DNA from: Mobula hypostoma
Taxonomy: Eukaryota
Length of the DNA stretch: 64,000 nt
NCBI RefSeq assembly: GCF_963921235.1
Contig: NC_086109.1
Coordinates: 23,064,001-23,128,000 of the forward strand
Direction of reading: 5' to 3'
Shown here: piece by piece, positions 52,601 to 61,927 of the stretch
Layout: every line of letters begins with the position of its first letter
How positions within the stretch are numbered: position 1 is the first letter of the stretch
Notes under the pieces: model-generated
Seen by the model: the letters and a program-made list of their open reading frames with translations, nothing else
Told to the model about the DNA's origin: nothing
Database searches by the model: none
Made by a program: the position numbers and the translations under genes

Positions 52601-55600
52601 AAATATTTTGTCCAGTTGCAAGCTGTCAGAGGCATGACAAGCTGCAAGGCTGGAGAAATTTAGATTTTTCAGCCTTGAAAGATAGTGAATAAAGTTAAGT
52701 GACACTAAGCGGAATAAAAAAAAAGGGTAAGGCTGAGTTGTTATTCTGTTAGTCCAAAACCACAGGGACACTGATACAAAGTGAGAGAGCTGGGCTGATG
52801 TCAGGAAGTACCTTTCACACAGAGGGAAAATATTTACTCTCGCTGGAGTCAAAACGGCAGATTGGCATATTCCTCCCGTTACTGAAGCTGTCTGCTTTGA
52901 CCTTACCGACCTCAGCTCATGTAGGACCTGAGCATCTGGACCAGTCTGGTTATGCACGTAACCCATCCAGCCATGAGAAAAAGCCTCCAAGCAATGAATT
53001 GGGGCAGTTGCAAGTACCAAGCCAGGGAAGAGTTCAGCCGTTTGGCAGCTGTGCTGCTGAGAGACTCACCTCCTCATTCTCAATCTTCAGAGTGGCTAAC
53101 CTGGACTGGAGCTGTTGGCACCGCTGCACCAGTTCTCCCTGCACTGGCTGCTGAGCGCACAGGTGAGAAACCTGCAGAGTCCAAAAACAGCAGTGTTATG
53201 GCAGGTGGACAGAAGAGGACGAGTGCTTCAACTAGTCTCAATATACAAATAGAAACATCAAGGAGCAATCTGAACGTCACTTACACCCAGCGCAATGGAA
53301 CATTATCATCTATGCTGATGCAAAAGAGAAACTACATTGAGCTGAGAGAACACTTGGGATGCTCACCACTGCAAAGGTTTAGTAATGTCCTTCCCCCCTA
53401 GAGATGCGAGGTATAATACAAAGACCAGTAACTGTACAGAGGACTCCTTGTTCTTATGAGTGTGTTGATCCAAGTTACAGCACAATTGGGCGTTCTTCAT
53501 CAAATTCCAAGCACACACTGATGCAGAGACTTCCTACTATTTGGCACTGAAGTTGATTTTGTGGACTGTTTATTTTTTTTGTGTGTGTTTTTGCTCTCAG
53601 GATGTAAATGTTGTTGCCAAACTTAATTGTACATTCACTCATTGTGAACTTGGTTACAGGCTCCATTCTCAAACCACCATCTCACACAGAGCTCTTGATT
53701 AGGAGGTTCTAAAATAGCAATGGAGCCACACGAAGAAACGGCCAAACTACATCTGTCAGGTTGGCGTGCGGCACAGGAGGAAAAATGGTTCCTAGGACAT
53801 CGCTGCATTTTCCTTTGCCTGTGACTTTATCACACTGGAGGAGAATAATGATGGGTACAGACTTCCCTTTTTATAAACTTGGTGCACAATCCTGCAGAGA
53901 CAAGATTGGTCTCTATACAGTCTTGACACGGAGTTCTGATAAGTACAAGTCATTACCTGTGTAACTCTAGGATTCTGTGTAACAGTGACATATATATATG
54001 ACTGTAGGTCTGCAACAGTATAGTACAAAGAGTACAGGTCTATCAGAAATAACAAGAATATTGCATATTAACCAGCTAGACAAGCACTGTTTCAAGATGG
54101 AGCTTAGAGAGGTATACTGACCATGTCACCCATGTGTGGCTGGAAATCGAACTTTGGTGGCAAGCAGAACACAGTGTGGTACAGTTCCATAAGACGCTGT
54201 TTGTCATTGGTAGCATCTAGGTTGTCAATGGCGTTTTCAATGATATCCAACCCTTCGTGCTTGGATTGCTCAACATTAAACTCCGCTGAGAGAAATGTCC
54301 TCATTGCTCGGTTCAGACTGGCATGATACCCGAGGTCACAACACTAAAATAAAGAGTACAGATTAGAACTGCTGCCCGACAGATTTCACAGAATCGCTGT
54401 ATATTCCCAAATGTAAAAACAGAAAGATCACTAACTGTATTTGCACCAATCTTGGAAGGTATCGAGGTTAAGTGAATAATTCAACAAAATGTCATGAAAG
54501 TATTTTGGTTTCATACTTCTATGAATAGAAGAGCTCTAGACCAGGGTAGTTGTGCTGTTTCTCAACAAAATGCTGTTGTAATTTCAAGGCCCAATACATC
54601 TCAGCTAAAGCCCTCCCACCATTGAGCATATCTACATGAAACGCTATCATAGGAAAACAAAATCCAACATCAGAGATCCCCACCACCCAGGTGATGCTCT
54701 CTTCTGGCTGCTGCCATCAGGTAGAAGGTCCAAGCCTTGCACCACCAGGTTCAAGAACAGTTACTACCCCTCAACCATCAGGGTCTTGAATAAAAGGGGA
54801 TAACTTCACTCAACTTCACTTGCCTCATCATTGAAATGTTCTCACAATAAATGATCTCACTTTCAAGGACTCTTTATCTCATTAACTCATGTTCTTGTTA
54901 TTTATTGCTATTTATTTATATTTGCATTTGCACAGTTTGCTGTCTTCTGCACTCTGGTTGATCTTTCATTGGTCCTGTTATAGTTACTACTCCATACGCT
55001 CGCTGAGTACACCCACAGGAAACTGAAATGAATCTCAGGGCTGCATATGGTGACATATGTTCTTTGATAATAAAATTTCCTTTGAACTTAGAACTTTAGA
55101 AATTGTTTAGGAAGGGATCAATACTCTGGAGTGGGTACTAGAAGATTTACTAAAATTGTGCCTGGGGATGAGGGACTCCAGCTGCGTGTTAAGCCTGGAA
55201 ATGTTCAGATTGCTCTCCTATGAGTAGAGAAGGTTATGAGAAGATGTGACATAACATGTGAAATTTTCTCAGAACCTTTTCATCTTATTAATGAGCTCTG
55301 GGTATTGCTGATAAGGCCAGTATTTACTGTCTGTCCCTAATTCTACTTTAAGTCGGCAATCTGCTATTCGCTACAAACGCTCTGAGTTCGAAAGGGCAGA
55401 TACGCCAACAGTCGGTTCCTAAGATTTGGCATGCAACCTCTGAAAAACCGGTGATGTGGATTCATTGATTAAACTCCCAAAACAATTGGAAACCTGCCTT
55501 ATCTCCTCACCGGGGAAAGGGATTAATTAGCTAGCTCTACCAAAGAGGCTCATGGACTGTGTCATTTCACCCTCTGATTCTGGTGTAATACATTTAAGCA

Positions 55601-58281
55601 GTCATTATCCAAGAACAAGCTGTTCAACACGGTGTTGTTCAAGAGATTTTCAGTGAGAAAATTGAACACCAGATTTCTAATCCTCCTGGAATTCTGAGTA
55701 TCGATTTCTAGTGTGCACCACTGCACATGATTGGAAAAAGCTGCAGAGGGTTGCAAACTCAAGCAGCTCCATCGTGGGCACTAGCCACCCCAGCATCAAG
55801 GACATCTTCAAAAGGCGATGCCTCAATAAGGCACAGCATCCTTCATTAAGGACCCCTATTACCCAGGCCAAGCCCTCTTCACATTGCTACTATCAAGGAG
55901 GTGGTACAGGAGCCTGAACACTCAGGAATAGTATGATGGTTAGCACAACACTTCTCAACACCAGAGGCCCGAGTTCCCTTCCGCCATCAGATTTCTGAAC
56001 GGACAATGAACCAACCCATGAACTATTGTTCGCTCATTATCTGCATTACTTGATTTAATTTTATATATATATATATATATATCTTTCTTACTGTAATTGA
56101 TAGTTTTATGTATTGCACTGTGCTGCTGCTGCAAAAACAACTAATTTCATGTGTGCCAGTAAGCTTAAATGTGATTCAGGTTTCACTAAATCCATGCACA
56201 GCTAATAACCATTCGAACATATTCAACCTTTGAATGTTCTGCAACTTAAATAAAGAGGAAAACAGTTGTTTGTTCATGCAAATGACACATTTCGCTGCAT
56301 GTTTCAATGTACATGACAAATAAACTTGAATCTTGAAAAGTCATTCGGCCCCTTTACATTACCATTCAAATGCAACAAGGATGTTATATATCTTAATTCT
56401 AATCACCCACTTTGCCTAATAAAGATCAATGAAAATTAGTATGAAATTTTCAGTTAAGGCCTACTCTCAACATCTTGTGGGCACGTCTTCCAGATTTCCA
56501 TTAGCTTTTCTATGAAGCACTATTTCCTGACTTCCTGGAACAGAATATCAAAAAACTGGAGTTGCTGATAAACTGAAATAAAAAAAGGAAAATAAAAAAG
56601 CTGGCCACTCAGCCATACCAGTGAAAAGGGGAATAGTTCTGATAAAGGTCTTGAACCAGAAAAGTTAACTTTTTCTCATTCCACAGATGCTATCTGAGTA
56701 TGTATTTCCAGCCTTTTTATACCACCTCTGAATCGCCTAATTCAAATTTTAAGATCATAACATACGTTCTGACTTTCACAGAGGGAATAATTTATTTCTG
56801 TCTAAGGTATGAACTGCTTTAATTCATTAGAGAATCTTTTATGTGATGTAGAATAACCCAGTTGATGCAACCCACTCCCAGAATTTAACTCTTTCACCCC
56901 TTTTGAAGATGGTAAAAAGATCAAAAAGGATGTATGCCGGTCTAGAAAACTTGGCAAAATGACTCACATCAAGTAGGTCGGACAGATCGTGGATATAGTA
57001 CTTAAAGACGGAGCTGTTTGTAGCCTCCAGCGCCAGAACGTACTCATTTCGTGCCTTGATCGCTTTGAGTTTGTTCTCAGTATACTTCGCCTGACGCTAG
57101 AAAAAATAGATCAAGGACAAAGGGTTAAACATCCCCCGGCAACCTGGCACAGGGTTTAAAAGCAAGTATTTAAAGTGGTCTGTATCAGGGTAGGGAAACC
57201 TCAGATGGGATTTCAAACCTGGCTCTGTAGCAGCAGGGTACCAGTACTTTAAACAAACTCAGAAACAGATGCATTATTGTGCATCTGTGATTAACAATTC
57301 CAATTTACACCATGCCTTCAACTAAGTCAATTGGAAAGTTAATTAGAATGGAGGAGTTAAGGCGGCCGTATTGCCCTCACTGAGGTATTGTAACATCAAC
57401 TAGACAGTCAGTCAAACTCTGTAGAAAAATTACATGAGAGTCAGGGTATAGCCTCCTAGCTCCTTGGTTTTATTGCAGACTCAATGGCATAATCAGGAAT
57501 CAGGAATGAAAAAGAAATTCTTCTGCTGGGGAAACAACAGGATGGCTTTAGATAGAAACATCTTTTGCTCCTAACATAAAACTCTGGCCTACCGCCAACC
57601 AATGTGTTTTCATACTTACTACTTCCTGTCTGCACAGGAAGTGACCCTATACAGATCTGACACTGCTCATTAAAATAAAAGCTGAGTGTGCTTAATCACA
57701 CAGAAAAACATAAACGAATTGCCCAAAGGACAGAACAGCAACGATGTTTCTCGACTTGGGTTGCATTCACTATTGTTAACCCTGCAGATGATTGAGGAAC
57801 TACAGCTTGCTTCAGCTAATCAAGAATTGCTTCCTTAACCAGTCATTCCATTCGAAGGACTTCCTGTCAATCTACTAACACCTCAGGTTTTGCATCACAC
57901 GTGAATGATGCTTATTTGGACATGACATACCTCATGAGGAGGAAAAGTTAAAAAAAAGAAGAAAAAGAGGGGGAATATGTGGAATAAAAAATGCAGGCAA
58001 AAGAACTGACGGTGGGAAGAAGATGAGATGGAGGAAGGGGAGAAAAAGAGTCTAAGATGCCAAACCTTCTCCTTCATTTTCTCGATCTTTCGGACCGAGC
58101 TGCGCCTCTGGTGCTTTTCCTCAAATCGGATGTTGGCCACTGGATCTGGTGAACGACCTGTTATCCGGTCCTCCTGCTTCACAGATCTACCAATCTGTTT
58201 CTCTTCCTGCTTCTCTGCTTCTTTCAGCTTGCCCTCTGCACTGATGCTGTCAGCATTGTACATGTGATAAGTTTTCATAAC
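12766..58281 (-). CDS. SRGAP2: SRGAP2 ortholog, 5'-partial multi-exon CDS (18 exons in window, 910 aa)
   Basis: Spliced translation is colinear with human SRGAP2 as recalled, from VMKTYHMY (~aa163) to the C-terminal DKSCTV*. Exons 216,129,222,102,198,85,28,31,61,78,135,106,225,80,181,147,325,384 nt sum to 2733 with matching phases and GT-AG ends. Confidence 0.97.
13485..13640 (-). mobile_element. CR1 3' tail fragment
   Basis: agaaacaggccctgaggcccaccatgtccatgctga. Confidence 0.55.
15027..15605. mobile_element. Non-autonomous hAT-like DNA transposon, right end degenerate
   Basis: Begins CAATGTTCCCTCTA followed by GC-rich tgcgcg subterminal repeats; no clean right TIR or TSD. Confidence 0.5.
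15759..16083 (-). CDS. SRGAP2: SRGAP2 exon, 325 nt ([15 protein letters not shown]...[19 protein letters not shown])
   Basis: taatctag|GCA ... CAG|gtacag; phase 2 to 0; HGSLNSI, DSPQIRK and GRSKSF motifs. Confidence 0.93.
16375..16521 (-). CDS. SRGAP2: SRGAP2 exon, 147 nt ([11 protein letters not shown]...[12 protein letters not shown])
   Basis: ttctctcag|TGA ... AGC AG|gtcaga; HVADIYLAN motif as in SRGAP2; ORF 16356..16598. Confidence 0.93.
16555..16792. mobile_element. Penelope-derived inverted repeat with degenerate hammerhead-like core
   Basis: Arms ~16610-16693 and ~16711-16792; cCTGATGAagggtctcggcccAAAGcgac at 16720-16748. Confidence 0.75.
16810..17340. repeat. Purine-rich (GA) low-complexity tract
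   Basis: Almost entirely A/G on the plus strand. Confidence 0.8.
17800..18810 (+). mobile_element. V-SINE (17800-18045, tail 18757-18810) interrupted by a ~700 bp retroposon (18050-18755)
   Basis: V-domain gtttcctccgggtgctctggtttcctccca; tail tttcactgcatgtttcaatgtacatgtgacaaataaagc resumes after the insert; insert 3' end similar to 31100-31350 and 35280-35590. Confidence 0.7.
19542..19722 (-). CDS. SRGAP2: SRGAP2 exon, 181 nt, SH3 domain ([26 protein letters not shown]...[23 protein letters not shown])
   Basis: cttttgtag|AAG ... GAC AC|gtacgt; SH3 signature residues. Confidence 0.96.
21005..21087. mobile_element. 83-bp hAT (Charlie-type) MITE with 8-bp TSD
   Basis: TIRs CAGGGGTTCCCAACCT / AGGTTGGGAACCTCTG; exact TSD ATCTAATC at 20997-21004 and 21088-21095. 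Confidence 0.92.
21240..21555 (+). mobile_element. Old DeuSINE
   Basis: cctgggtcaatatttatcctttaacca...cagatgatct...cttgtgggat...aaatgcaagttc. Confidence 0.45.
21930..22235 (-). mobile_element. CR1/HER1 LINE 3' end
   Basis: ORF 21934..22173 [17 protein letters not shown]; tail catagagaagtatagcacagaaacaggcc. Confidence 0.85.
23335..23720 (-). mobile_element. Rex1/Babar LINE 3' end
   Basis: ctgatggttgaggggtaata...cctgtacctccttcctgatggcagcaa. Confidence 0.8.
25033..25520 (-). mobile_element. Rex1/Babar LINE 3' end with (CAGAAT)n tail
   Basis: agaagctgttcctgaa...cctgtacctcctccctgaaggtagcaatgagaagagggca. Confidence 0.8.
26715..27170 (-). mobile_element. CR1/HER1 LINE 3' end
   Basis: ORF 26765..26953; same subfamily as 21930 and 47670. 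Confidence 0.85.
27850..28470 (-). mobile_element. CR1/HER1 LINE ORF2 C-terminal fragment
   Basis: ORFs 28165..28482 ([31 protein letters not shown]) and 27866..28135 (NTRGHALK). Confidence 0.9.
28733..28992 (+). mobile_element. V-SINE (HE1-like)
   Basis: A-box tagcgtagtgg, B-box gggttcaattcc, tccaaagac...ggtaggttaattggtcattgtaaattg. Confidence 0.85.
29207..29286 (-). CDS. SRGAP2: SRGAP2 exon, 80 nt, linker ([27 protein letters not shown])
   Basis: ttttttag|TGA ... GAT G|gtatgt; phase 2 to 1. Confidence 0.94.
29660..30262 (-). mobile_element. L2/CR1-group LINE ORF2 C-terminal fragment
   Basis: ORF 29937..30134 [31 protein letters not shown]...SLHHRR. Confidence 0.8.
30697..30921 (-). CDS. 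SRGAP2: SRGAP2 exon, 225 nt, RhoGAP end ([22 protein letters not shown]...GEDY)
   Basis: ttttgtgaag|CTT ... TAC TG|gtgagt; ORF 30693..30896. Confidence 0.96.
31100..31350 (+). mobile_element. Retroposon 3' fragment (family of 18050-18755)
   Basis: gctttgggcctgctccagg...gttgtataatttatacatacttcgataacaaatgtacttgaa. Confidence 0.6.
32150..32581 (+). mobile_element. Penelope-like element relic: inverted pseudo-LTRs flanking a GIY-YIG C-terminal fragment
   Basis: 32150-32231 is an imperfect reverse complement of 32501-32581; interior translates [35 protein letters not shown]. Confidence 0.82.
32189..32231 (-). ncRNA. Minimal type I hammerhead-like motif, sense to SRGAP2 pre-mRNA
   Basis: CCA-CUGACGA-(degenerate stem II)-GAAAC-GUU/UGG; CCA can pair with UGG as stem I. 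Confidence 0.4.
32895..33135 (+). mobile_element. CR1 LINE 3' end
   Basis: aggaggaatttctttagccagagagtggcgaatttgtggaattc...tcttatggtctt. Confidence 0.85.
33170..33275 (-). CDS. SRGAP2: SRGAP2 exon, 106 nt, RhoGAP ([35 protein letters not shown])
   Basis: ctttacag|CTA ... AGT CA|gtaagt. Confidence 0.96.
35280..35590 (+). mobile_element. Retroposon 3' fragment
   Basis: gtatttcatggctatctggagaagatgaatatcagagttgta...gacaatgaaatgaacct. Confidence 0.55.
36455..37145. repeat. Compound (GA)/(GT) microsatellite with an internal ~100 bp direct repeat
   Basis: ~36834-36935 is repeated at ~36981-37082; produces spurious SLSH-rich ORFs. Confidence 0.92.
39041..39175 (-). CDS. SRGAP2: SRGAP2 exon, 135 nt, RhoGAP ([28 protein letters not shown]...MSCV)
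   Basis: tataaag|GTG ... GTC A|gtaagt. Confidence 0.96.
39882..39959 (-). CDS. SRGAP2: SRGAP2 exon, 78 nt, RhoGAP arginine finger ([26 protein letters not shown])
   Basis: ttcccaaag|GAC ... AGA G|gttagt; GIFRVSG intact. Confidence 0.96.
40232..40414 (-). mobile_element. tRNA-derived SINE with RTE-type 3' end
   Basis: Minus strand: gccggccggTGGTGTAGTGG...GTTCGAATCC...gagctggcaacttggcctcgcaaaaa...acaacaa tail. Confidence 0.75.
41023..41083 (-). CDS. SRGAP2: SRGAP2 exon, 61 nt, RhoGAP start ([20 protein letters not shown])
   Basis: tttctag|GAT ... CAC G|gtaagt. Confidence 0.96.
42050..42430. repeat. G/A-rich low-complexity tract with many G-runs
   Basis: ggggagggtgggg units; gagtgggagtaaggggga..ggggagcggggagggtgggg occurs twice. 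Confidence 0.85.
42897..42927 (-). CDS. SRGAP2: SRGAP2 microexon, 31 nt ([11 protein letters not shown])
   Basis: tgttcag|CGGGCGG...AAACAG|gtaact; phase 2 to 0; resembles human RRSSTVRKQ. Confidence 0.9.
43619..43646 (-). CDS. SRGAP2: SRGAP2 microexon, 28 nt (SQRTDCSIA)
   Basis: ccattttag|GTCAGAGAACAGATTGTTCCATTGCCAG|gtgggt; phase 1 to 2; matches human SQRTDCSLA. Confidence 0.93.
43850..44255 (+). mobile_element. CR1 LINE 3' fragment, older
   Basis: atttaccagaatggtgcctgggatg...tctaagaccagagga...tggaacacactgcctgaggaggtggtgga. Confidence 0.7.
47050..47370. mobile_element. Penelope-derived palindromic repeat, old
   Basis: acactcagcaggtcagg ... tCTGATGAacg...ctGAAACatt...tgctgcccgacttgccgagtgtttccag...tttccagcatctgcagt. 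Confidence 0.65.
47670..48115 (+). mobile_element. CR1/HER1 LINE 3' end
   Basis: ORF 47751..48056 [13 protein letters not shown]...[15 protein letters not shown]. Confidence 0.9.
48808..48892 (-). CDS. SRGAP2: SRGAP2 exon, 85 nt ([28 protein letters not shown])
   Basis: ttcatag|AAA ... GAA A|gtaagc. Confidence 0.95.
49582..50765. repeat. Long compound micro/minisatellite, ~20-24 bp unit (GA)n(GT)nGAGGGG, spanning the gap
   Basis: Direct reading of the sequence. Confidence 0.95.
50504..50681. other. Assembly gap (178 N)
   Basis: Run of n. Confidence 0.99.
51216..51413 (-). CDS. SRGAP2: SRGAP2 exon, 198 nt ([10 protein letters not shown]...EQFYFT)
   Basis: ttacag|GTG ... ACG|gtacgg; ORF 50877..51458. 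Confidence 0.96.
51590..52600 (+). mobile_element. Ancient degraded CR1 LINE
   Basis: gatcctgtctgaccaaactct; ggaatgtaatattcagttctg; gaggttgaattaagcaagaagggacataatcttaaaat. Confidence 0.55.
53070..53171 (-). CDS. SRGAP2: SRGAP2 exon, 102 nt, F-BAR extension ([34 protein letters not shown])
   Basis: ctgcag|GTT ... GAG|gtgagt. Confidence 0.96.
54122..54343 (-). CDS. SRGAP2: SRGAP2 exon, 222 nt, F-BAR ([12 protein letters not shown]...QPHMGDM)
   Basis: attttag|TGT ... ATG|gtcagt; ORF 54104..54304. Confidence 0.96.
54615..55098 (+). mobile_element. Rex1/Babar LINE 3' end
   Basis: ctgccatcaggtagaagg...accaccaggttcaagaacagttactacccctcaaccatcagg; (GAACTT)n tail. Confidence 0.8.
55715..56180 (+). 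mobile_element. Rex1/Babar LINE 3' end
   Basis: ORF 55711..55917 [30 protein letters not shown]. Confidence 0.8.
56968..57096 (-). CDS. SRGAP2: SRGAP2 exon, 129 nt, F-BAR ([19 protein letters not shown]...DLSDLLD)
   Basis: ttttctag|CGT ... GAT|gtgagt; manual translation. Confidence 0.96.
58066..58281 (-). CDS. SRGAP2: SRGAP2 exon, 216 nt, F-BAR ([12 protein letters not shown]...KIEKMKEK)
   Basis: Acceptor ttgcag|GTT, donor AAG|gtttgg; ORF 57895..58287. Confidence 0.96.
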
Positions 58282-58424
58282 CTGCAAAGCAAGGACACTT
58301 GGTCACAACACAGACTACTCCTTAACAGTAAGTTTTGCCTTAAAGAAACTTCAGTGTGTTCCAGAAGGAATCTTGTTTGTATGTCATCAAACATTTGCAT
58401 GTCTTCACATGGCCTTGGATCACC

Positions 58425-59555
58425 TGGATAATACTATTACCTGTCAGGATGCTGTTTATTGACTACATCTCAACATTCAACACAATCATTCCCACAGTTC
58501 TGATTAAAAAGCTCCAAAACCTGAGTCTCCCTACCTCCCTCTGTAACTGGATCCTCAACTTCCTAACCAGCAGACCACAATCTGTGCAATCGGAAATAAC
58601 ATCTCCACCTCACTGACAATCAACACTGGCGCACCTCAGGGCTGTGTGCTTAGCACACTATCTACTCGCTCTACACCCATGACTGTTTGGCTAGGCACAG
58701 CTGAAATGCCATCTATAAATTTGCTGATGACAGAACCATTATTGGCAGAATTTCAGATGGTGACGAGTGGGCGTACAGGAGCGAGACGTATCAGCTGGTT
58801 GAGTCGTGTCGCAGCAACAACCTTACACTCAATGTCAATAACACCAAAGAACTGATTGTGGACTTCAGGAAGGGTAAGATAAGGAAACACACGCCAGTCC
58901 TCCTAGCAGGATCAGAAGTGGAAAGAGTGAGCAATTCCATGTTTCCATATCTCTGAGGATCTATCCTGGGCCTAACATATTGATGCAGTTACAAAGAAGG
59001 CACAACAGAGGTTATATTTCTTTAGGAATTTGAGGAAATTTGAATGTCATCAAAGACAAATTTTTACAAATGTACCATGGAGAACATTCTAACTGGCTGC
59101 AACGTCATTTGTAGGTAGGGGTGGGGGACTACTGCATAGGATTGAAATAATCTGCGGAGTGTTGTAAACCCAATCAGCTCCATCATGGGCACTAGCCTCC
59201 GTAGTATCCAGACATCCTCAAGGAGTGATGCCTCAAAAAGGTGGCATCCATCATTAAAGACCCCAATCACTCAGGACATGCCCTGTTCTCATTGTTACCA
59301 TCAGGGAGGAGGTACAGAAGCCTGAAAGCACATACTCAACGATTCAGGAACAGCTTCTTCTCCTCTGCTGTGTGATTTCTGACTGGATACTTAACCCATG
59401 AACACTACTTCACCACATTTTTTATTTCTATTTTTGCACTACTTAATGATTATTTATTGATTTTTCCTTTAATAATTAGGAATTACATTGTACTGCTACC
59501 ACAACGACAACAATTTCACGACATATGCTGGTGACATTAAACTTGATTCAGATTC
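58425..59555 (+). mobile_element. Rex1/Babar LINE, 5'-truncated and frameshifted
   Basis: [17 protein letters not shown]...[10 protein letters not shown]; GAPQGCVLS; KFADD motif. Confidence 0.9.
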
Positions 59556-60289
59556 CAATTGACAGGACAGGTAAAACTGGTTAAATACAGGATAAAGTTC
59601 TTCCCACAATGCTACATCAAACACTGTCAGGGAAGAGACCAATATAAGGCACAGAATAAAGCTCTCTTGCTATTTAAAATTACTAAACATTTTAAAGTGG
59701 GGATAATTTTATGCTGCAGATTTGAATATGCAAGAAACTGGTTGTCATTTCATTTCATTCTCGACCCTTACAGCAAACAAACTAAGGAGCCCTCAAGCCC
59801 AGAACATTCACAGGAAGGCATCTGTATAATAGAATTCTATTGTTGTCCTCTGGATCTGTGCAACATGTGGAGTGGGTGTCCCAAATGAAAGGGCAGACGT
59901 ATTCTTGATCAACAATGGAAAAAATATTGCTTTTGTAAATTCTGCCAAACAGGACCAGGATCATTCAATAAAATTATTATTCAAGACTTGTGTAATTAAC
60001 TTTTGGGTTGAGTGTGCTGCCCAAAATTTGCCTTTGCAAAAAAAAGAGAAATAATCTGAAGAGGTGGCTGGATATTTGGATCTCAAGTCATAGAGTGGGC
60101 AGAAAAACATGAAGATGTTGTTCAACATCAACCCTGATATGCCAATTGAAAAGACAATGGCTGATCTGCATTTCAGCTGTTTCACCACAATCCAATCTCC
60201 TTACCCTCGCTAAAGTAAACAAACTACTGAAGATATTGTCCACAGGTGGCAGCTACTCTAAGTCATCACTTCCCTGTGTGCGGTGAGGT

Positions 60290-60490
60290 GTTATGGTGGC
60301 TACTGGTGCAGCAGGTAGTGCTACTGCCCCACAGCCCTAGTGACCTGGGTTTGATTTTGGCCTCTGTCAATGCCCTTGTGAAGTCTACGTATTCTCCCCG
60401 TGATCTCATAGGTTTTCCAAGATGCTCTAGTTTCCTACCACATTATAAACATGTGCTGCGTGACAGGGTAATTGGTTACTGAGTGGGGCA
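60290..60490 (+). mobile_element. V-SINE, degraded
   Basis: gacctgggtttgatt...gtattctccccgtga...ggttttccaagatgctctagtttcctaccaca. Confidence 0.65.
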
Positions 60491-60602
60491 AGGGTATGAT
60501 TGGGGAATCAGTGTGACAATTATGGCCGTATGAAAAAGATCATGTGACCAAGAAATGAGTGGGATAAGGAATTGATGACCTTGCTTTGAGAACTGACAGA
60601 CG

Positions 60603-61808
60603 TCAAAGTTCAAAGTTCATTTACACTTCATTGCCGTCAAACAATTGATACTAGAATGTACAATCATCACAGCAATACTTGATTCTGTGCTTCCTGCTCC
60701 CTGGATTACAAATATTAAATATCTAAAATGTTAAAAATAGTAAATATTAAAAATTTAAATAATAAATCATAAATAGAAAATAGAAAAATGGAAAGTAAGG
60801 TAGTGGGAAAAAAACCGAGAGACAGGTCCGGATATTTGGAGGGTACGGCCCAGATCCGGGTCAGGATCTGTTCAGCAGTCTTATCACAGTTGGAAAGAAG
60901 CTGTTCCCAAATCTGGCCGTACGAGTCTTCATGCTCCTGAGCCTTCTCCCGGAGGGAAGAGGGACAAAAAGTGTGTTGGCTGGGTGGGTCGTGTCCTTGA
61001 TTATCCTGGCAGCACTGCTCCGACAGCGTACGGTGTAAAGTGAGTCCAAGGACGGAAGATTGGTTTGTGTGATGTGCTGCGCTGTGTTCACGATCTTCTG
61101 CAGCTTCTTTCGGTCTTGGACAGGACAACTTCCATACCAGGTTGTGATGCACCCTAGAAGAATGATTTCTACTGTGCATCTATAAAAATTAGTGAGAGGG
61201 TCTTAGGGGACAGGCCAAATTTCTTTAGTTTTCTCAGGAAGTAAAGGCGCTGGTGGGCCTTCTTGGCAGTGAACTCTGCTTGGTTGGACCAAGTCAGGTC
61301 ATTTGTGATATTGACCCCAAGGAACTTAAAGATTTTGACCTGTTCCACTTGCGCACCACCGATGTAAATTAGGTCATGCGATCCGCTACTCCTTCTGAAG
61401 TCAACAACCAATTCCTTCGTCTTGCTGATGTTGAGGGATAGGTTATTGTCTTTGCACCATGCCACCAGGCTCTTAATTTCCTCTCTGTACTCAAACTCAT
61501 CATTATTCGAGATACGGCCTACAATTGTTGTGTCATCAGCAAACTTATATATTGAGTTTGATGGAAACTTGGCTACACAATCTTGAGTGTACAGTGAGTA
61601 CAGCAGGGGGCTGAGTACACAGCCTTGTGGGGCACTGGGGCTCAGAGTGATTGTAGAGGAGAGCTTGTCCCCTATTTTTACAGCCTGGGTTCTGTCTGTG
61701 AGGAAGTTGAAGATCCAGCTGCAGATCTGAGTGCTAAGGCCCAGGTTCCAGAGCATAGGAATCAGTTTATTTGGAATGATGGTATTAAAGGCAGAGCTGT
61801 AGTCAATG
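60603..61808 (-). mobile_element. Rex1/Babar LINE, 5'-truncated, relatively young
   Basis: ORF 61169..61840: [10 protein letters not shown]...[15 protein letters not shown]...[10 protein letters not shown]...[11 protein letters not shown]...FKFLGV; continues after a frameshift (60861..61091); (GAACTTT)n tail. Confidence 0.93.
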
Positions 61809-61927
61809 TATTTATTATGAAGTACATATGCTTTATACAACCTTGAGATTTGTTTTCTTGCAGGCAGCTACAGAATGTAATGGGCTAAATAGCTTCTTTC
61901 TCTGGTATAAGAAAATAAATAAAATAT

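Noticed and set aside
12766-58281. SRGAP1, SRGAP3 or ARHGAP4 identity
   Set aside because: The KQEDR..RSPD insert, the short SQRTDCS/SVRKQ linker, HVADIYLAN and the DKSCTV end match SRGAP2
61169-61840. Functional reverse transcriptase gene
   Set aside because: 5'-truncated LINE: the start codon lies in flanking DNA and there is a frameshift near 61190
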